A stretch of 63,896 nt of DNA, filler included, from Reclinomonas americana ATCC 50394 (GCA_048213135.1; 17 parts of 17 records of this genome joined end to end with filler, not necessarily neighbours in it); one strand, 5' to 3'; positions 50,685 through 63,896 are shown, counted from the first letter of the whole stretch. Notes: generated by a model from the letters alone, not told the origin. Program-made: numbers and translations.

Positions 50685-52895
50685 TCAGTTGTCCAGTGTT
50701 GTGGCGCGACGGTGCGACGACTTGCCGGCGACGGCAGAGGTTGGCGACGTGATTACGGAGCGAAGATCCTTCACCACACGTTGCCGCCGTCGGTGTGCGC
50801 GTTGCAGCTCATCATCGGCAGCGTCTGGAATCTGTTGAGCGCATCATGCACAGAAAGTTAAACCTTCACCATTCCACTCTCCCTCTCCCATTTCCCTCAA
50901 ACGCACCACCACCAGCTCGCGCCTCTCAGATACGGGTCGGAATCGCATCGACGCAGCTGCAGCCACCATTCTCTCCCGCTCCGCCGCCTGCACACGCATC
51001 ACTTAAATCTCGTCATACTCTTATGGCAATGCCACCCGACAAACCTCCGCCTCTTGCCGCGCCTGCAGCGCCTCCAGCTCCATCTTCTGCTGCCACCGGC
51101 GGAGGTACTCTTGGTGTTCCTGTTCTAGCTTGAGACGCCGAGCATTGGCCGCGATTATCGCCTCTGCGGCCTCGCGTTCGGCCGCCACCGCCGCCGCTTC
51201 GGCTGCCGCCACTGCCGCCGCTGCTGCCTTGGCAGCCGCCTCCTTGGCCTCCGCTTCAGCCTGCATGGCAGCTCGCTGGCTGCGAGAGACCATGACCTTG
51301 CGCTCGCACAAGACTCCGTTCTGTAAAACAAACGCGCCCAGTAAGTCAACCTCGTCCACGAGACACGAGTCTTCCACTCCTACGTACCTCATCGTAATAG
51401 TATTCGGTAATCTCCTCCATATCATCATCTTCGTCGTCGTCGTCGTCATCGTCATCCGCGTCATCACCATCACCTCCACGACGGCCTTTCCTCCTCCCCT
51501 TCTTCCCACTTGCGCGCTCTCCATCCGGACCATCCTCCTCGTCACTGCCCTCGCCATCGACACCTCCACGGCGCACTCGCAACCGCGACCCTGGATTTCC
51601 GTCGGCGTCGAGATTCAGCGGGAGACCGTCGGGGCCGAGTTGGCCATCATCGCCCACCTGACCGCGCAGTTGTGCATCCATCGCGTCCACCCCTCCCGGA
51701 TCACCGTCGCCGCCTGGACCACCATCGGCATCCGGATCGAGATCGGCGGGCGGGGCGTTCGGATCGCGCATCGAGGCCTCCAGTCGCTTCTGCCGCCGAG
51801 CGGCACGCCGAAGTGCACGTTCCTCTTCCGTGAGGCCCTCCATGTCCTCATCGTCTTCGCTATCATCATCGTCGTCGTCACCGTCACCTCCGGCTCCGCC
51901 ACCACGCCGACCACGTCGACCGCCACCCTTCGCATCATCCGCATCCGCGCGCCCCTCCGGCAGCCGCGACGCACCTCGTCGCTTTCCACTACCAGCACCC
52001 GTTCCATCGTCATCATCGTCGTCACTCGCCCCGCCCGCCATTGACAGATCCAACGATCCCGGTCGCCCTCGCGATCGACTGCTACTCGCCCCCGCCCACG
52101 AATCAAACTGCACGAGAGTCGCATCCGAGCTCGGTGTCTCCCGATCAGCAGCAGCCGCCGCGGCAGCAGCAGCCGCAGCAGCCGCCGCAGCATTCAACGA
52201 CGATCGTTGCAGCTCCTCCAAGATGCTGCGCCACTGCTCATCGCCACCACTCGCACTCAACGCGGTCCACGAAGGCATCGAGAGCACGCGAGGAGCGGCA
52301 TTCTTCTTGCGTTTCATGAACCACCGTCGCGGGAATCCATGCCTGTCACGACACAGAAATGAGCACGTGACAGGCACTCTCTCCTCCTCTGCTGCTGCGC
52401 ATGCGCTCACCGATCAATCCACTTATCCGACCAACGCAGTGAGTTGGAGGCAGCAGCTGCGGCCGAGTCACTCTTCTTCTTCTCATCGCCATCTCCATCT
52501 TCATCACCATCTGCGCGCTTCTTGCGACGATCGTCATCGTCGTCGTCGTCGTCATCATCATCAGGCAGATGCGCATTCGCCTCCTCCTCCTCCTCATCAA
52601 TATCCTCCACAATCACAGGCGGTTTAGGCGCGCGAGATGCGGAGGGCGTTGGTGGTGGTGGCGAGGATCGCGACGAAGGCGGCATCACTGAAAATGTGGA
52701 GAGAGAGGAGGCCGAGCGGCGGTGACCACTGGGTGTGCCTGGTGCCCGTCGCTTGTGTAGTGCGGGCGGCACAGGCTCGTGTGCCGAGGCAATGGGAGTC
52801 GGCGGTGTGCTCATGGGCGGTTGGCGGTTCGCGCCTTTCTTAAGCAGCTCCCTGGCCTTCCGGACACCGAGCTCGGTATCAATGTGTCGTGGCAT
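50685..52895 (-). CDS. Hypothetical multi-exon acidic/Gly-rich, coiled-coil protein
   Basis: Successive minus-strand ORFs (52407-52904, 51346-52410, 51021-51569) linked by plausible short introns; last exon IPDAADDELQ...TTLDN*. No recognisable domain. Confidence 0.6.
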
Positions 52896-53243
52896 GATGG
52901 GCACGAAGTTCTTGGTTCATTCCACCTCACATAGACACACACACACTACCACCACCAAAAAAAGAGAGATATGGGAGCAAAGAGAGATCTTATGGCAGAT
53001 ACATACACGAGCGAGAGAAAGGAGAGAAGGCGTCGCGAGCGTGCGGTTCGCGGACAGCGAGACACCTCGCCGTCGCAAGAGCGCGCACGTGCGTGCGTTC
53101 GTTTGTTGTTGTTGTTGTTGTTGTTTTTGTGTTGGCGTACACAAGTGTACACAAAGCGTCACAGAAGTGCACAGGTAAGTACAGAGAGAAGACAATAGAA
53201 TATCAGTTAAAAACACACACACAGAGGGGAGAGAGCGACGAAC

Positions 53244-53301
53244 TCATTTCGCCAGCGTCATCTTCTCGATCTTGGCCACAATGTGCTTGCCGTACGTGTA
53301 C
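53244..53301 (-). CDS. Last exon of a Pumilio/PUF RNA-binding protein
   Basis: CAG|G TAC ACG TAC GGC AAG CAC ATT gives YTYGKHIVAKIEKMTLAK*, the signature end of the PUM homology domain. Confidence 0.85.
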
Positions 53302-53458
53302 CTGTGTGTGCCACATGCGCAGTCAGCGACATGCTCTGTCGGAGACACGCACAACAATNNNNNNNNNNNNNNNNNNNNNNNNNNNNNNNNNNNNNNNNNN
53401 NNTTAATTAATTAANNNNNNNNNNNNNNNNNNNNNNNNNNNNNNNNNNNNNNNNNNNN

Positions 53459-56400
53459 TGCGCCCACTGGTGGCGTCGCTTGCCGCCGTCGTGCAGCGTG
53501 TCAGTGCCGATGCCGATGCCGGTGCGCCGCTGTCGGCGGGTTCCGCGGAGACCGCCATGGCCGCGCTGCTGTCTCTTGCTTCGACTCTGCTCTACGATCA
53601 TGCCACAGAGGTCGAAGCTGCCCCGTTGAGTGTGCTGCTGGCCGCCTGCCGGCGGGTTCTCGAAGCGTCGCGTCTGGCAGCGGGCGACCGCACCACGCGT
53701 GTGCGCGTGGTACAGCAGGCCTTCAATTGCGCAGCATCGTGTGTGCATCGCAACGCTGCACGTCTGCCCGACGACGAGCTGGCCGCTCTGCTGCCACTGC
53801 TGGTCGGTAGTTTCGAGGGCGTGGCTACCATTACGCTATCCGACCCAGCGGCACTGCGTGTGCCCTTCCTGAAGGCCACACGCGGTGCCTTGCGTGCCAT
53901 CCTCAACGTGTCGACCGAGTGTGCGCCCGAGCTGATGGCCACTCATCTCGGCTCACTCATGGGCATGCTGCAAAAGTTGATGTTTATCGGCACCCCCATT
54001 CTGCCTCTGGAGGCCGCCGCACCCGACGCTCTCACCCTATCGGTCACGACGGTCGGTGGCGCGCCTCCAGGCTCGTCTTCATCTGGAGCCTCCACTCCCG
54101 TCGGTGCTACAGGAGGAGGACTGTCAGTTGGCAAGCACATGTCGACCGACTCGTCGCCGGCGCACAGCGAGTCGGAGGACACCCCAGACTCTCTTTCCGA
54201 TCCACTTTCTGGCTCAGAAGGTACCAGCGGCACCGGCAGTGCTGCTGCAAGTGGCAGTCGAGCGCCGACGCGACGAGCGAGTCGCGCCGGTGAGTGTGTG
54301 CGCCTGCGACTCAGTGCATTACAGGTATGACATGTGTGCGGGGAGTAGCAGCGGATGCAGTGATGCTCATTTCATCTCCGCAGCTCATTGGGGGTCTTGC
54401 CCGCGCACTTGGCCGTCGCATGCACGGATTCTGGCCGTCGCTGTTTCCCGAGCGCCGTGCCTGTGCACCACGACCGCTGTGGCCCGAGCCGCATCTGCTG
54501 ACGGTGGTGCTGCATGATCCGTCGCCGCGTGTGCGCGCGTCGGCCGCCAACACGGTGCAGCTGTTGTTGGACTCGAGTCGAGTGCTTCTCGAGCAAGCCG
54601 TGCACTCTGGGTTGCGTGCATGTCGATGCCAGTTAACTCGTGCAGCTTTTTTGTCGGGTCACTCACCGCCCCGAGCCCAACCTGTGCAGTGGACGACAGG
54701 CGTTTACTCCGCTTTTCCAGAGCATTGGCGCCATCACTCGCGAGTTGCACACGGCTTTTGTGTATGCCATTGACAAGGAGTCGCACACGCCTGCCCTGGT
54801 CAACATTTTGCGGGTGAGCTCATCCGCTGTGTTTTTTCGTGATATATCCTTTCACTGACCCCCGCTTGCAGGCATTGACCGTGCTCGTGCAAAACTGTCC
54901 ATACGATCGTGCAGGCCCCGATTTCCTCATCACCGTGCTCGACAAGACCTTCAAGTTCCTGTTCTCCACTGGTGAGCTCCACTGACATTGTCTTCCCCGT
55001 TCACGAAACTCACGTGAGTGCTTGTGCAGAGGTGGCCGTGCAGAGTGCCTGTCTCGCGGTCCTCGGTGCTGCCATTGGGTCCAGTCCGTCGTTGTCGCTG
55101 GTGGAAGACCGCTTGATTGGCGCAGTGGCACCAGTGGTCGATCAGCCGGTGAGCAGGCGACGAAATCGTCTCTTTCGTCTTCCTTGTTTGACTTATTGAC
55201 CACCGCGACGACAGTCTTCGGCACCCGTGTCGCAAACGTCGCGCATCCTCTCCACACTGGCGTCCATGGTCGATGGTCGCACTGCGGACGATGAGGAAGT
55301 GTCGCCCGAGGTGGTACTCGAGTGCTGGGCGACACTCTCCAACGCCGCAGCCAGCTACCCGCGTGCCGTGTTTCGCTTGTGGAACGATGAGCACAGTGGC
55401 CAGTCGCAGTCGTTGCTTGCCGCGTGTGAGGTAGCACTGAGACGTGCGGCCGGTGACGAAGAGGACGCGCGCTCTGTGGCCGCCCTCCGCTTGGTACAAC
55501 AGTTTTGTGCGAGTGCTGCTGCGGCGGCGAGCTCCGCGGACGCAGTGGATGAGTGGCCACGGCGAGTGTGGGAGAGTGTCGTGGATCGCATCTGTGCGCT
55601 TGGTTTTGCGCATGCGGCCCCCGGTGTGCGAGCGGCCACGTGCGATGCTGTGGCCTCGTTCAACAGTGCCGTGCTGAAGCTGCTGTCGCCGACTCGGCGG
55701 CACTTTATGCTTATCACGTCGTGCTTGAGCCTGCTGGCAGACACGGCGCCGGCAGTGCGTGCGGCCGCCGCTCGCCTGTTGGGCGTATTCCTGTCCGTGT
55801 CGGAGCTGGTGGAGGTGCGCGCCATTGTATGTTCTCTGCGTGTTGGAAGGACTCACACACGGTTGTGTGCGTTGACGCAGGACCTCATCTTTGTGAGCGA
55901 TAGCATGGAGGCCATTGAGGCGGCAGTGGGCGATTCAAACCTCAATGTTCGCGTGCGCGCATGCTGGGCGCTCGCCAATCTCACCAATCACTTCAGCAAG
56001 AGCGCGTCGGAGTCGCCCGAGGAGCAAGACGACATGGACGTCATGCTGCGCAAGGCCTTCCAGTTGTCGGTCAAGGCGCTGCGAGACAACGACAAGGTGA
56101 AGAGCAACGCCGTCCGTTCACTCGGCAACGTCGGCTACCACGCCTCGTCGCGGGTGTTGGCCGCCGTCGACACTGCTGGTCCCCACAGTTGCGCATGACA
56201 GATCGCATCTCTTTGCTGTTTGTTTGCCTCACCACTCTGTGCAGATGTGGCCGAGGCCATTCTGTCAGAGTTGCTGGCGGTGCTGCGTGGCAGCAAGTCC
56301 GTCAAGGTGCGGTGGAATGCAGCGTCGGCGCTGCGCAAGGTGCTGAGCAACGACGCCGTGGTGTCGCACGTCTCGACACGCTCCAGCGACACGGGCGTGA

Positions 56401-57254
56401 TTGAGGCTCCGCTGAATGCGGTGCGCGTGCTCTGCGATTCGGCATTGCAGGATGCAAACTACAAGGTGCGGATCCACGCTACGGCAGCCTTGCGCGTGCA
56501 AGCCGCACGCCACGCGTGGCCCTGGTCGGGCGACTCGTTGCTGCACGCCCTGTCGGTGGTCGACGAGACGCTGCGCAATCCGCCACCGCCTCCTGCACGC
56601 ACCACAGCGCGCTTTGCCGAGGCCAAGAACGCACTCAAATGGCGCGCAGAGTTGTGCCTGACGCTGTCGCACTTGCTGACCATGTGCCACAATGCTGGCA
56701 TGGACGAGTTGCTGTGGTCGCGCTTTGGGGACGCCGACCTCCTGTGGTCGCTGCTGGTGGCCTGCGACGAGGGCCACAAGATCTGGCGCCAGCACGGCGG
56801 TGCGGACGACACCGACGCCGGTGACGATGATGCAGTCGGTGGCGACGATACAGCAACTGCGGCGCCATCGGCAGCAGCAACAGCAGCCACTCCTACGGCG
56901 GTATCGGCAGCCGCTCCTGCTGTGGCCGGCCGTGCCACCACTGGCGGCGTGCTGGTGCAGCCGGCACTCTCCAAGGAGGACCTCGATCGTTTCATCCGCC
57001 TCTTCCAGGTTCTGTCGACTCTGGTGGCCGATCGCGCGCCTCTGCAGGCCCCCGCGGTCGCCACCACGCCGAGCTCGACGTTGCCGCCGACCAAGTCCGT
57101 GGACGATCTGCCGGCTCGGGCTGCCGCCGCTGGCTCCTCGACCGTGCACGCAGAGTGGGAGTTTGCGCCACACGAAGCACTCTTGCGCGAACTGCTGGCC
57201 TCGTGTCGCCCACCCGACGTCGAGTCCTTCACTCAGCATGATGTCCCTCAATGA
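53459..57254 (+). CDS. HEATR6: HEAT repeat-containing protein 6 (DUF4042), multi-exon, 5'-truncated
   Basis: HGFWPSLFP, LLTVVLHDPSPRVRASA, AFTPL...RELH, LVQNCPYDR, NVRVRACWALANL, DNDKVKSNAVRSLGN, KVRWNA, NYKVRIHA. Confidence 0.9.
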
Positions 57255-57272
57255 ACACAATCATCATAACAA

Positions 57273-57698
57273 ATGACGTCGCGTGTGGTGCGCATGGTGG
57301 TGTTGCATAGTCTGCACGATGCGGAGAGTCAAGCTGCACGGTATGTGTGTGTGGAAGAGGGAAGATCAATTCGTGCGATCATTGTGAGTGAGTGACACAT
57401 GCATTTGGCAGTGTGTTTGTGCGCGATGTGTTGCCGTGTTTGCAGGCGCAGCATCCGCGGTTACGGGCCGAGGTGGAGGCGCGCGACTTGTTCCAGGCTC
57501 CCATGCTCAAAGTGCAACTCGGTGAGTGAGTGGGAGAGAGAGAGAGAGAATGATCGCTCATTGTCATCCTGCTTATACATGGGTGTGGCAGAGTCTGGCG
57601 AGGAGCAGGTGCACATGTTGCAGGGCAAGGAGACTCGACAAGTCGCCGATCTGGCCTACTCACTCGTGCGAGAGGAGAAGGGAGCTGTCGAATCATGA
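57273..57698 (+). CDS. L51/S25/CI-B8 domain protein (NDUFA2, mL43 or mS25-like), 94 aa; exons 57273-57340, 57412-57521, 57592-57698
   Basis: GT-AG splicing gives an exact 285-nt frame: MTSRVVRMVVLHSLHDAESQAARVFVRDVLPCLQAQHPRLRAEVEARDLFQAPMLKVQLESGEEQVHML... Confidence 0.72.
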
Positions 57699-57755
57699 GT
57701 CCAGTGGAAGCATATAGATCGTTTTTTCTTGTAGTTTACACAGGCCGGGGGAGGA

Positions 57756-58961
57756 TCACTTGGGATTGCCCAGTATGCCGACGAAGCAGTGTCTGAGGAT
57801 AATGTCGTGTGCGAGCCCTGTGGACGTGGGGGAAATAGGGTGTGTCAGCAGGAGTTGTCGGAAGGGAGTCTTTCTGCGAAGGGTGGCGGGCACGGAGAAG
57901 CTACTTTATCGACTTCTCTCTCGCTCTGAGAACGAGATCCTCTTTGCTTGTGCTACCTTTCGCTCCCAATTCTCTCCGAAGAGCATCGAGAGAGACTCAC
58001 TATCTTCTGACAAGCGGCTGTGCTGCCCAGTGCCTCCTCGCTGTTCGTTTGCTCAATCTCCGGAGAGCACTGAGGGAAGCAAGAGGAGGTTGACTCTCTT
58101 CTCGCCATGCAACTCTTCTGCCTCTCAGTTCTCTCTGCCTCCTATTCTGTTGCTGTCATGCTCCCCTTCACTCTCTCCAAGAGACATGAGGCTGGCTGTC
58201 TTCTCGACATGCGACTGCTCTGCCTGTCACTTCTCTCTGCCTCCTCGCTGTTGGTATTCTGCTGCAGTCATTCATCCCCTTCACTCTCTCCAAGAGACAG
58301 GAGGTTGATTGTCTTCTCGCCGTGCGACCCCCCTGCCTGTCAGTTCTCTTACGCGTGTCTGCGTCCCTCTACTATTCCTGTTGCTGTCATTCATCCACTT
58401 CACACTCTCCGAAGATCATCAGAGCGGAAAGCGATAGCAAGACTATCTCCTCTCACCTTCCCTTCCCCTCTCACCCCCTTCCCCTCTCTCCCTCTCCCCC
58501 CCGCCACGCAACATGGATGATACTTTTCAAACAGCGGCGTACAATCGCGCCCCGCACCCATCAGCAGCTTCTGCCGACCGCCCGGATGCCGATCCAAGTA
58601 CTGCGTCACATCGTACACTCGCCCGTGCACCACCGTCCAGCAATCCTCCGGCGTATTATGCTGCTTGACCTCACTCATGGGGATCTAGCAGCCACACATG
58701 AGCGACGCCGACGAAGAAGAGACAGAAAAACAAAAGACAAACCAATCTCTGCGACAACTCCGCCTCCCGATCGCGAATCCTCTGCTCATCGACCTCCCGC
58801 CTCCTCGCACGCTCCCGCTGCATACGAATCACCTCCTCCGCACTGAACCCCTTTCGCGTGCTCGCCGCATGCGCACTGACCGTCACCACCGGCTCACGAA
58901 CCACCTGCACTCGGCGGCCCACATGCAGCACCTCCTCTGCTGGCGCCACCTCCACCTCCTA
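57756..58961 (-). CDS. Cytochrome b5-like heme-binding domain protein (CYB5R4/Irc21-type), multi-exon; start further upstream unresolved
   Basis: SEVKQHNTPEDCWTVVHGRVYDVTQYLDRHPGG...GAGRDCTPLFEKYHP|WLAHDIILRHCFVGIL. Confidence 0.87.
58075..58410. repeat. Intronic ~100-113 bp tandem repeat, ~3 diverged copies
   Basis: CCTTCACTCTCTCCAAGAGACA and TCTTCTCG.C.TGC.AC motifs recur at ~110-bp spacing. Confidence 0.75.
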
Positions 58962-59248
58962 CACGAAAACATGAGCATCACGTGGCAAGAGAGGCACACG
59001 AGCGCGCGCGCAACTGGAACGCTCATGACAACAGCATCGGCGTGATCCTCGTCCAGACCCTCTTCCCACGAGAACTGATGACACTACAGTGAATACGCGA
59101 AACGCAGCGATGCAACGGCATCTACGAAACACTTCGCTTTACAGAGGAAGACGATGACGACGATCCTTCACTCATCCTTGCGATCGCGATCGTTTTTGCG
59201 CGCGCAATTTCGTTTCACTCTTTGTGTTTTTGTGAGAGTGACGAAGTA

Positions 59249-62033
59249 ATGTTGTCTTCTGTGGGTGGTGTGTTGTCGCTGTTGCGCGAGCGGGATGCGC
59301 GTGTGCGCTCGTATGCGCTGTCGGTGTTGAGCAAGTTGGTCGATGGCTACTGGAGTGAGATTGCTGGTGCTCTTGACTCGCTGTTGCGTCTGCTGTGTGT
59401 GAGGTTGTGTGAGTGAGTGTATGAGTGAGTGAGAGAGACGCGCAGTGAGCAACTTTGTGTGTGAGAGAGCGTGTTTTGTGAAGTTTGTGTGAAGAATTGT
59501 GTGTGTGTTCGGCGTGCTGGTTGTTGAGCAGTTGTCTCTCCCCTCGCTGTGTGTGCTTCCTCTGCGTCTGTTGCTGTGTGGTGCGCGTCTTTTGTGTGCG
59601 TGTGTGCGTGCTTGTGTGTGCGACCATTTCACGCACAAAGACAACACGCACTGCGTCTCCATTTGGCACTCTTCTCTCTCTTTCTCTCTGTCACACACCG
59701 CACGCGCCTGCACCAGAAGAACAAGACCGCGCACTGGTGAGACAACGGATTTGAGGTCCTGACATGTCCCTTGTCTCGCTCTTTCCAGCATTGTGCTCAG
59801 CGAAGACGAGAGCTTCGCGGACCGCGGTCTTGCTGCGCTGGTGGCCTCACGTGTGGCCTACCACCTTGGCAACCTCGACGTAGCTCTGCAGTACTCACTG
59901 GCCGCTGGCGAGCTCTTCAACTTGACCGAGCGCAGCGAGTACACTATCACACTCATTGGTGCGCGCGAATCTCTCTTCTCCCTCCCTCACTCCCTCGCTG
60001 CCACTGATGATGATGTGTGTGTGTGACAGGCTACTGCGTGGACCGCTACGTGCTGGTGCAGACGCACAACTTCAACGTGCGCCACGGTGACGTGCAGGAT
60101 GGCAAGCTGGAGCCGGTGGATTCGCGCATGGAGGCTGTGGTGGAGCGCCTGTTTGAGCGGTGCTTTGCCGAGGGTGACTTCAACCAGGTGTTGGGTGTGG
60201 CGCTCGAGTCGCGCCGTCTCGACTGGGTCGTCAAGTGCCTGCGCGAGAACATGCGTGAGGTGTCGGTGGCCTCGGCCTCGTCCATGGACGTGGATCACCC
60301 GGAGGTGCAGGCGCGCAACGCCATGCTGCAGCACACGTTCGAGCTGGCGACGTCGCTGCCGCTCGGCACGCGCTTCAAGGAGACCGTGCTGCGTCTGCTC
60401 GTCGACGAGTACAAGTCGCAGGCCAACCCGGATTACCTTGGCATGGTGCGTGTTTGCCTGCTCTACAACGCTACTCCTCTTTGTTGTCTATTAACACCCT
60501 TCTCTCTCTCCTCGCTTGCAGGCCCGCTGCTTCACATTCCTGGACGACCCCGACAGCCTCGCCGAGATCATCTTCACCTTGGCGACGCAGCGCGATCACC
60601 TCATCGCCTTCCAAATCTCCTTTGATCTGGCCGACTCGGCGCCCCAGCACTACATCAACCGTCTGGTGGCCGTCGTGCAGCAGTTGCAGGAGGAGGCCAT
60701 GAGACCGCAGCGCGAGAAGGAGCGCCGCTTGGCCGAGAAGCGCGCGGCCATGCCTGGTGGAGTTGCGTGATTTTCGTCACCCGGCGTTTGTGTGCGTGTG
60801 CTTGGAACTCACCGCGTGGTGCAGGAGGGCGCCAGTGCGAGCTCGCCGACCGCCACCACGGGCAGCGGTGACAAGCGCATTGACAAGGTCCTGGAGATCC
60901 TGTCGGGCCTGCCGTCGATCGAGCTGTACCTCGACTTCCTGTACCGCAACAACAAGGCCGACTTGCTGATTCTGAAGAGGATCAAGGAGTCGTTCAACGA
61001 GCGCAACTCGATTCTGCACAACGCCACCGTCATGTGCAACGGTCTGATGCACGCCGGCACCTCGGTCGACAAGTTCTGGAAGGACAATGTCGAGTGGTTG
61101 AAGAAGGCCAACAACTGGGCCAAGTTCACCGCCACCGCCTCGCTCGGTGTGATCCACAAGGTGTGTGTGTGTGCGGGAGAGGGGAACGAGAGTAAGTGAC
61201 GCGCGTTGCACGGTACTCATTGTCGATGTGTCGTCTCGTGCAGGGTCAAGTGAAGCGCTCGCGCGAGATCATGGCCGACCACATGCCGCACCACGGCGCC
61301 TGGGGCCAACAGCCGTACTCGGAGGGTGGCGCGCTGTACGCCCTCGGTCTGATCCACTCGGATCACGGCGAGGACATGATTCCGTTCCTGGAGGACGCCA
61401 TGACGCAGTCGCAGGCCAACCCCGTCATTCAGCACGGTGGCTGCCTCGGTCTCGGCCTCACCGCCATCGCCTCCGGCAATCGCCAGGTGTGCGAGCGCCT
61501 CATGACGGTGCTCGTCAGCGACGATGCTGTCGCCGGCGAGGGTGCCGGCATGGCTCTCGGTTCGTTTCTCCCTCACACACACGTGTTGTTCGATTTGACC
61601 ACATTGAGTGCTCACTCTGTTTTGTGTGGCGATCACAGGCATGGTGATGCTCGGCTCTCTGGACAATGAGACGCTGACTGCCATGTTCCGCCGCGCCGTG
61701 CAGTCGTCGCACGAGAAGGTCACCCGTGGCTTCGCCGTCGGCATGTCCATGGTGCTGTACGGCACGCAGGATCGCGCCGACATGTGGATCCAGCAGATGA
61801 CGTCGGCCAAGGTTGCGTCTGTCTCTGTCTTTTTGCCATTGTCTGCATTTTTTCTGACACGCGAGGCTGTGTGTAGGACCCGCTGCTGCGTTACGGCGCC
61901 ATGTTCGCGATTGGCATGGCGTACGCCGGCACCGCCTCGAACGACGCCATTCGCCAGCTGCTGCATTACTCGGTGGCTGATGTGTCGGATGATGTGCGCC
62001 GTGTGGCCGTCATCAACCTCGGCTTTGTGCTGT
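59249..62033 (+). CDS. PSMD1: 26S proteasome regulatory subunit Rpn2, multi-exon, 3'-truncated
   Basis: AALVASRVAYHLG, VLGVALESRRLD, NWAKFTATASLGVIHKG, YSEGGALYALGLIH, QHGGCLGLGL, DVSDDVRRVAVINLGFVL. Confidence 0.96.
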
Positions 62034-62133
62034 NNNNNNNNNNNNNNNNNNNNNNNNNNNNNNNNNNNNNNNNNNNNTTAATTAATTAANNNNNNNNNNN
62101 NNNNNNNNNNNNNNNNNNNNNNNNNNNNNNNNN

Positions 62134-63114
62134 ACGGCGAGTAGCTGCACACGTAGGTCACCGTCAAGTGGTACTGGGCGGTGAAGCCGATCGGGCACGA
62201 CTTGAGCAGCTTCACAGTCGACTGTGTGCACGTGTTGCGGTTCTGGCAGCTGGCCTGAATCTGCGGGAACAGCGTGGCACTGTAATGCGGAGTGAGGGAG
62301 TTTGTGAGCCATGACCCCAAGTGACGACACAAATGATCGAGCGGGTGAACGCAACGCCAAGCATGCGCGCTGCGCCGTCGGCACCGCGAATGGGAACAAG
62401 GCACACTCGGCGGGGGTAGCCGGTCGCCACACTGCCGACTGCACACGGATAAATTGGTCCGTGGCGCATCGGAGGCGCACCACGTCACCCTCGCAGGTGC
62501 TCGCCTGCTGCGGCAGTGAGTCCGTGCGCGGTGGTGGTGGTGGAGGCGGCTGCGGACGACGAGGAGGCGGCGGGGGCGGTGGCAAATCTGTGCAACGGGG
62601 CATGAGAAGAAAAGGAAAGGCGCATCGCCCAGAAGAGCACAACAGCCAATGCGCAACGAGGACGGCGGTGGCGGGGATGGTGGCCCGCAGGCGGGACTGG
62701 CGGGTAGTGCTGGCGCGGTCGGCCAGCGTGAACCGCCTGCTGCGTCGCAAAGATCGGCGCCGGTGTCGCCGTGGTCTTGATGGGCGAGATGCGAGGCGAC
62801 TCGGCGGCGGCGGCAGCCGTGGTTCGCAACAGCGGCGGTGTGGCGTCTGTCACCACCGGCACCGCCGCCTTGCGCTGCTCCAACGCAGCCACCGATTGCC
62901 GCCGAAGCGGCTGTTCCTGCGCCCGTGCCTGCATTGTCTGCTGCACGGGCACAATCCTCTGCTGCTGCTGCTGAGGATAATGCTGTCGTTGCTGCTGCTG
63001 CTGCTGCTGGTGCGGTGGCTGCCACGGCACAGCTACGACCGCCACGACCAGCACCACAACAAACACGACCAGTGTTGCAACATAGTGGGGACGAAGTCGA
63101 TGGTTCGGCGTCAT
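62134..63114 (-). CDS. Type II membrane or secreted protein with Q/P/T-rich stalk and SUEL/Gal_Lectin-like domain, 3'-truncated
   Basis: N-terminal hydrophobic VATLVVFVVVLVVAVVAV; TCEGDVVRLRC...IRVQSA...C...SCQNRNTC...CP...HLTVTYVC cysteine pattern. Confidence 0.68.
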
Positions 63115-63764
63115 GGTAAAGGCGCGCGGAGAATGCTACGCGACACCGGAGACGGAAGAAAACAGAAGAAAACGCAGTGGCTGAAGGCGAAAGGCGAGGA
63201 ACCAGGGATATACAAAACAACACGGCGTGTGTGATGTCCCTACTTCTCTCTCTCTCCCCTACAACGATGCTCAACAATTGTTGGTGGCCACGGAACAATG
63301 CGCCCGGGCACGTCGCCACGGAGTAACTCCATGCACAATCTCGGCCAGGGACACACGCAGAAAACCCAAAGAACACCCACGTGCAGGGAGTCTCAGTGAC
63401 CACTGCGTGGGTTGTGCACGGAGAGGGAAGAGAGAGAGAGGGAGAGCGGGGGGAGGAAAAAAGACGACGTCGCAGGACATACCATTGACGTCGACTGTGA
63501 GAATGGTGTGTGTGGCTTGTGTCTTCCCTATCCTTTTGCTGGCACTGCAAGGTGTGTTGCGGGGGTTCCACTCTACACACACACACAGGGAGAGAGAGAC
63601 GTGCAGATTCGTTGTCTTTGTGTCTGACTCCTAGTCTCAACACACACACACAACTCTACTCTCTCTCTCTTACACACGCACACACCAACACACACAACCA
63701 CACTGCACTGGTTGGTGCACCCGCGCGCACTCTCTGAGAACTGTTGCTGTCTCCTCTCTCTCTC

Positions 63765-63896
<132 letters not shown>

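Overview
The window is not one continuous molecule. It is 17 contigs joined by 16 artificial 100-nt linkers (44 N + TTAATTAATTAA + 44 N), with three zones. (1) 1-14665 is a eukaryotic tandem array of ~3.15-kb units. Each unit carries a minus-strand, two-exon gene (12-nt MTTK/MATK micro-exon + intron + large exon) for a stand-alone 7-repeat WD40 protein. The repeats are near-identical 42-aa blades with hypervariable surface positions, followed by a conserved ~50-aa tail that loosely resembles a SOCS/F-box. There are four complete copies and one truncated copy. (2) 14766-28946 holds six GC-rich, intron-free alphaproteobacterial contigs (Hyphomicrobiales-like by inference): TetR modules with visible operators, solA, a Tat-type SBP, a lipid-synthesis operon, eipB, dinB, an enolase-superfamily enzyme, a dual cold-shock protein and an HD-GYP protein. 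They most likely come from a co-cultured or contaminating bacterium. (3) 29047-63896 is a compact, intron-rich, microsatellite-laden protist genome. It encodes a myristoylated IQ pseudokinase, CFAP20DC, an EF-hand/purple acid phosphatase, DENND10, OSCP, an NCS/calcineurin-B-like protein, a CaMK, IFRD, a Pumilio last exon, HEATR6, a hidden CI-B8/L51/S25 gene, a cytochrome b5 protein, PSMD1/Rpn2 and a SUEL-lectin protein. Several genes run across linkers, so many linkers are ordered scaffold gaps. The best candidate for an undescribed system is the diversifying WD40 array. All family calls are from manual motif recognition; no searches were run.
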